Below are positions 33,801 to 40,217 of a stretch of DNA of 40,217 nt, piece after piece. Source of the DNA: Catajapyx aquilonaris. Taxonomy: Eukaryota. Position 1 is the first letter of the stretch; every line of letters starts with the position of its first letter. The notes beneath the pieces are model-generated. The model did no database searches. It had not been told where the DNA came from and saw nothing but the letters and a program-made list of their open reading frames with translations. Position numbers and translations under genes: made by a program. The stretch lies in assembly GCA_000934665.2 (NCBI GenBank), contig JYFJ02003567.1:1-40217 (forward strand). The letters run 5' to 3'.

Positions 33801-36706
33801 TAGTCGATTGGGGACGGGGGTGGATGAAGGAACGGAACCTGGAGTGCTGATGGTCAGATAGTGTCAGGATATCATTGTCCGAAACTTGCCCTAAGCTCGG
33901 CACTCAAAAGACACTTATAATGTCCATAGCTGTGACATATCCAGATGCATCGTACTGTTTCACTACATTTTTGCGAAGTTTCTATAGTTGAAAAGTGGTG
34001 GGAAGGTCCCTGCCCCATCCCTGGCCACATCTAATTTCTTACGTTACATTTAGCTAAGTTGGCAGCGGGGGTGTCCGGGGGAGGGGGGGCTAATTTCAAC
34101 AACACCCCCCATCCCCTACATAAAATCCTAGTTAAGTCCCAATTACACCGGATAACGAAGGGGGAAGGGAGCTTGCCTCTCTTGCCCAACAACTCATGCC
34201 TCCTTAACTGTACCAGTAACATGGAAAACGAGGGTTTTACGTTAATGGCTATTACTTTCTATATTACTCAAGTTGGCCATATTAGTAGACTACACCCTAT
34301 TCCTCTATTTACAGAATCACTCCCATCAGGCAACATGAATCTGGCTATCTACAGACCTTAGGCTCATTTGATCCACTATGCACATGAGCAGCACCTTGTA
34401 CGTTGCTAGAGCCACCTGTAGGCCATAACAGTCACAGCACATGACGTCACCATAAAGATGGAGTCAAAATACGAATGTAGCATTTACCTCTCAGATCCAG
34501 CGATTTCCTTTCCTTCCACACTCCCAGATCACTCTACATAAGACTCTCCCGAACTAAAAAGGAGCATCCCAAAGTACAATACAGTACAGCGAGGGCGTGG
34601 TTGTGCGGCTAGAATATGGATGAAGGTTTGGGTGATTCTGGTAGGGGAAGGAGAGGGAGTTAGGGGGTGCGGGGAATCCGGGCGAGAAGAGTTTCAGGGC
34701 GGCCATTCCGGACAGCTGACACCAGCCACGCCCCACATTGCCCTCCAAGCAGGCAGAAAACCGATTTAATTAAAGCTGCAAGCAAGATCAGCCAAATGTC
34801 GCGTATAATGGGAGCGTCACCCTGGAGTTACGTTGGGGGTGACGGAGGAGGACAAGGTTTGTTAGGGGATGAAGATGGACGTGGGACTTGTGTAGCTTCG
34901 AGTAGGAAAAAAAATCAATGTTTAATTTCCACTTTGGTTGCGATAAGAAGCAGACAGCTTCAGGCTACTGCTTCAATTCCGATGTGACGTCATGGGTTCA
35001 ATGCCGCTTCTACAGAGGAAATGGGAGAGAGTAGGAATTGTAAGAGGAAGCGTCACTTCCGGAAGAACATGGCTTCCTTCCTTTCAGACCTACTTGTGAT
35101 ATGGAAACTGAAATGTAGCATTTTTTTTTTTTCGATGATAGATTCGGGAAGTTTTGCAGATTATGGGGCGATACATGGGCGCGTGTGAAATAATAAGGGG
35201 AGACATGTCGAGAGTCGAAACTGATAGCAAATATGATCCATCAGGGGAGTGATAACAATCAGGAACGTCCCTCTTCGCGTAACAGCCTTGTGCGGCGGAA
35301 GCGAAATTGATAATCGCACTTCCGACCAACGTCCTGGGGAACATTATCGAGTGTCATGGTGGCTTGCAAAGGCTCACCTGGAATGAAACCATAATCTGCT
35401 AAGCACAGTGGCCTACTTTACACGCCAAATTATTGTATCATATTGAAAACATTGTGTGTGAATTATTTTATTATATGATTAACTAATTAGCTAATATATG
35501 CGTTTATCGGCGCCATGGGTCGCAAAATATCCTGAATTGATTTAACGACAAACGATCTTGTAAAAATTTGACTGTACAGTCATGTAGAGACTCTTCTGGT
35601 GGGGATCCTCAATATTAAAGACCAGGAAAAAGGCAGTTAATTCCTCCTGAAGCGTGCTGGGACATCTCTGCCAGATACGACACTATAAGACACAATATAT
35701 AAGGTATAACTTGTTCATGACCAGGATGCAATATGCAAGCTACACGGAAAGGTCAGATGGATTCCTTAAAAATCTCATTTTATTTACAAGAGCAGCTTGT
35801 GAGCTGTGATTCAAGATGGGAGGAACATCAGCAAGGGAAATGCGGTTTTCAACGTCAGAACCATGAAAGCATTTGTAAGAGACTCCACAGAAGCAAAATT
35901 CCTGGACCAAGTATGCTAAACTTGACAAGAAGACAGTTTAGCTAAATAGCTTCAGATTTTCAGACAACAAACCTCTAACTCTCTACTGGAAAGAATTGAG
36001 ATAACAAAATAGTATCGCCATTAGTGCTGGAAACACTACCTATAATGATCCAATGCAATTAAACGGCGGGTGAAAAAGGCGTCAACAATGTCTGCTTCCA
36101 TAGAAGAAATCCTTTTTTGCGAAAGCATTAATCCACTTCGCATTTATAAAATTAAAAACAAACTGTGCAACAGACGACCATAAACCTATGGGAATAATTC
36201 TTAGCAGGAAGTTACAATGAATAGGATCACGCTATCAGGCCGAATATAAATATTGTTTACACTTTCCAGTTTCTCATTTGATTTACTACGGGTTACTGCT
36301 TTAGATCTGCTATGGTAGTTTGGTAAAACTCTATGGCGTACATGTATAGGCTATAGCGTAAGGCGCGGCGTAAGGTTCCCAAGTTGAAAATCTGACGGCC
36401 AGCTCGTACAAGATATTTTTAAATTATCCAGACAAACCTCTAAAGTTAACGGGCATCAGGCGGTCATTTTGTGAAGGGGTGTCATTGTTTTCCATGCCTC
36501 GTTAATGAGACAATGAGATTTAACTGAAAACGGGCAAAGTACCGTGTACCTTTGCACAGAGGCAGCCAACGACACTTTTACTATCTCAGCTACTGCCTAT
36601 ATACTACACCTAATAGTAGCAAATCTGAAATGAAATCTGGGTTGTAACAATTTTATTTTTAATTTAAAAAGTCACACACGCTTGGAGAGACGCATAGGCC
36701 TAACTA

Positions 36707-36833
36707 CAAGGATATTTGAGACACAATATTATTATCTCAGTAACGAGGTTTCGGAAACGAAACGACACTCCATAAAATGATCCCGTGATACCCAGGAAGG
36801 CTCTTCTGAATAATATTATTACGAAACACCCTG
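36707..36833. mobile_element. Short degenerate CAGGGTGTTTC-type MITE
   Basis: Right end ATTATTACGAAACACCCTG|TA; left end TA|CAAGGATATTTG is degraded. Confidence 0.35.
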
Positions 36834-36918
36834 TATGAGCATATATTGTAAAATGTAAATGTAGGCCTATTGTAAATGACAACCTGCCACATATCTCATA
36901 TCTTTTTTTGATATTTCA

Positions 36919-37396
36919 CTAGCCGGACACCCGACGTTGCCCGAGTTATAAAATACTTTTCCATTGGAGTAATTTATTCATTTTGTTGTTACTGAAACAT
37001 GCCGTGACTTTAGCCTTAAGAAATGTTGCCCCCAGTCTTACAGCCTAAAACAGGTCTCCAGCTCGAACCCTGGGCCTGCCCCGAGACCGTAGCGTAGCTG
37101 GACCGTGCCACCGTGTCTAGGATAAAAATGGAATAAGATCAAACCATGGCTTTGGGAAGTAGCTATAATATGACTGTTGGTGATGAGGGTATTAGCTGCG
37201 TGGTAAACGTGATGTGACCTTATGGGGACATGGTATTATTTTCGCCTCCTACGGCCAAGGATGACCTCGGAGGTCAAGTCCAATGTGCTAAAAACCTTCC
37301 ACGCTAAAAACTACCCCTAATGATCACCCTGAGGCCTACTTCGAGGCCTCCGTATTAATTTGCATCGGGAACATACGTTGTGAAATATATATTAGA
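36919..37396 (-). mobile_element. Non-autonomous Helitron, 478 bp, both ends intact
   Basis: Minus strand reads A|TCTAATATATAT...CTCGGGCAACGTCGGG(hairpin)TGTCCGGCTAG|T: 5' TC, 3' CTAG, subterminal hairpin, AT target and no TSD. Confidence 0.85.
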
Positions 37397-38858
37397 TTCA
37401 TATCCACATAGGTTTCAGGAATGGACAACAGCCTACTTGCAACCGCAGAGCAGCAAGACACCTCAAGGCTTTGTGGGAAGTGACAAATAATCGGGATAGT
37501 GTTGGTTCGACCCAAAATCGATTCTGAATAAATATCGCTTTGTTCTGCTGCCTTGCACCATCCCCAAACACACATCTAGTGCAGGCAAAAAAATATTGCC
37601 GACTCATTCGGTGTGGCAGCGATAAGAATCCCAGGTCTCCAAACAAAGGCCTTTCCGAATGAAGAAGAGTGAGGGAAATGGTAACTAGACCTTGGGTGTG
37701 GTCCCTTGAGACAGATGGGGTAAATATGCCCCGGCCCAGCAACATCCTTTAGGACGAATGGGCCAGATTTGGGTTGAGGCGTCCGGGCCTAAGCCTTTTG
37801 AGCCTGACTCTCTCCCCCCTCTTTCCATTATCCAGCGCAATGGGTCGGAAAGAGGGCAATGCCCGGGATAGGGAGGGAGATCAAACCATACGTTCATTAT
37901 ATCAGCTTTTATTGCACATGCACATGACCTTCCCCATTCATACATCAGATCAATGTTGTTTTGGGGACATGGGACTTTTGCTCACGAACTTTACTGGGCG
38001 ATTAGTCTGGCATTTAGGGCCGGTTGTATGAACGCATTTTGTCGGCTTTTGTAACCTGTTCTGTATAGCCTACAAGCACATAATTGAAAATTTTTAGTTG
38101 CTTTGATGCAACTGGCCATTTGTGATTCTAATATGGTTTTCTCTTAATGGGACAGGTCCATTGGATTGAGATGCAATGGGCTAGAAAAAATGTCTGTGGA
38201 TTCCATGGCGAGACCGGTAATAGTGGAGATATGGGTCATCAGTTGAGATTTTTAAAATGTTTCACTACAGTTGCCTGCAGTTTCGAAGTAAGTTATTGCT
38301 AACTTAAGAACACTGGATTTATAATGTTTCTGGTAAGTGGAGTCGAACTAAACTGCCTCCCTTTCCAACAGCGGATAATATTATGGCCTGCATCACTTGA
38401 TTTGAATGTTGCAAAGAGGAGGGCTGCGAGGGCATTTATAGAGAAGTAAGCAACATACATTGCTATCCTTCCAGCAATAAAGGGGTAACCACTCCCCCAA
38501 AAAGTGTACACCAGTTCCTGGAACCGGGTGGTTCCACTCGGTTCCAGGCTGGTAAGCTGGTTCCAGGCCGGTTCCACAGGGACCCTGTACACCGGTCTCG
38601 CCTTCCAGTGACGTATTAGGGGGCACGGCAGTGCCCCCGCCAAGTTCTCGCCGCACTGCCGGACCACCTTTACCCGACACAACTCACGTCATTTTGACCC
38701 CCTCGAATCTTCGCACTGGTGAACATGGGTGGCTTCAAAAATTTTATTTGGGTAGATAAAAATCGATTAAAAATAATGCTCCTTTACTTCCATGTTCATA
38801 TCTCTTTTCATTTCCGACTTAAAAAATCCTAAAAACTCCCGAAACGGCCAAAATATGA

Positions 38859-38960
38859 CACTCACTCACTGACTCACTCACTCACTCACTCACTGACTGA
38901 TCATCAAAATTATACGGCACTTCCAGTGGTCCTAGGATGCTGAAATTTGGTATGCTGGTA
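38859..38960 (+). repeat. (CACT)n microsatellite followed by a TGAAATTTGG core, resembling DINE-1/HINE-like rolling-circle derivatives
   Basis: The microsatellite is seen directly; the family assignment is by resemblance only. Confidence 0.5.
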
Positions 38961-39481
38961 GAGCTTGTCAAACAAACACCAGAATAAATCTGAAAACGGC
39001 ACTTTTTTGAGTCTAAATGCTTAAAAAAAATTATTTTTACGAAGTCTGCTGCTGCTGACCAGATGCGGCATTTTTAACACGGATTACTTTTTACTTTGAA
39101 TTTCCATCAGTTATGCTGGTGCTCCTCCTGCCTTCCCCACGTTCTCATCTCCTCACCCCCTCCCTTCCCCCCCCCCCCCGAAATCTTGTGGATTAAAAAA
39201 ATCGTGTCAAGGAAATTACTAATTCATGATTTTTTGGGGGGAAAAGTGGTACCAATTTCATCTAATACACACCCATTCAAATCTCCCATATTCACCTAAG
39301 CTCGTGTGACCTTCGTCAACCCGAATAAATTTCGCCTGCGGCGGACCCCCCCCCCGAACTGGATTCCTGGCTACGTCACTGCCGCTAGCTATCTGACTGA
39401 AGCTGCGATTGCATTTCATACAAATACAAATATTTCATACAAATACAACTACCTAAATACCTAAAATACAAAATAATACAA

Positions 39482-39944
39482 ATACAAAATTCGAGGTCAT
39501 CAACAGCCTATGTGTACAGGGAACAATTCCCAATTTGTGTGGCGTATGCTATTACCATACAGAGGACAGAGCCAAGGCCTTAGTCTCACTAATGCACTCA
39601 TCGATATTGGTTCCTCTGTCTTCTCGTGCGGTCAAGCCTACGTGGCTCTTTCCATAGTTAAAAGTATCAATGGAGTGCCTCTCATCAATGCCTCCTTTAC
39701 TAACATCAAGGCTCAAGAGTCAGCTATTCTGGAGTACGATAGATTGAGATCTGTTTACCGACCAGACTTATCCATACTCAAAAGGGCTAATAAGGCATCG
39801 ACAGAAGTGGTTAAGGATCGCGAATGGGCTATGCGATCAGGTGTAGCAGATGTCCAATTCGCACAACCAGAGCAGAAAAAAGGAAGAGTAGGCCTTAATA
39901 TGAGAAAGCAGAAGAAAATCATACCTATTCAGAGGAAAAGATAG
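39482..39944 (+). pseudogene. Frameshifted C-terminal fragment of a PIF1-family helicase, probably Helitron RepHel
   Basis: YVYREQFPICVAYAITI in one frame, then SQGLSL..ALID..SVFSCGQAYVALS in another: the terminal PIF1 helicase motifs. The upstream part is missing and replaced by AAATAC repeats. Confidence 0.85.
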
Positions 39945-40217
39945 AGTTTTACATATACTTTCGTATATACATTTTGCTCTAAGTTATTCATTACCTTATT
40001 TGTAATATTTAACGGACCATTGCTTCCACGCCCAACCGTAGGGGGCTCCCCTTATAATTATCCTACGCTCCTGCCTACAAAAAGAGGTGAGATCCCACCA
40101 AAAACCTTTCTGTAAAAAAAGGCCAAGTTCTCCTGACTGCTTGGCCGTCAAAAGTGGTGAGATCTGAAATACGGCCAAGTTCAACGTCGTACTCATTACT
40201 GGCATTCTCAACTTCTT

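Noticed and set aside
1..40217. CRISPR array or prokaryotic defence system
   Set aside because: No regularly spaced direct repeats with unique spacers and no operon-like long ORFs; the DNA is spliceosomal eukaryotic.

Overview
Eukaryotic genomic DNA, most likely arthropod (inferred from the insect-like HPRxTG motif in GAD and from TTAGG repeats). It holds two intron-containing genes on the minus strand. The first is a complete 11-exon glutamate decarboxylase (Gad1) CDS at 14876-24989, reconstructed by hand as 527 aa with GT-AG junctions and consistent phases. The second is the 5' part of an ACBD4/ACBD5-type acyl-CoA-binding protein gene, with three clear coding exons at 2253-6945; the rest appears to lie left of the window. 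Non-coding space is dense in small transposons: TA-flanked Tc1/mariner-type MITEs, foldback hairpins, a tRNA-derived SINE family, a complete non-autonomous Helitron and a frameshifted Helitron/PIF1 helicase remnant. No prokaryotic system or CRISPR array is present, and I cannot claim a new biological system. The best leads are a TATA+Inr+splice-donor alternative first exon in Gad1 intron 1, an unexpected in-frame 90-nt exon with a possible short terminal exon in the ACBD gene, a strand-biased pre-miRNA-like intronic hairpin, and a MITE made of two inverted transposase 3' ends.
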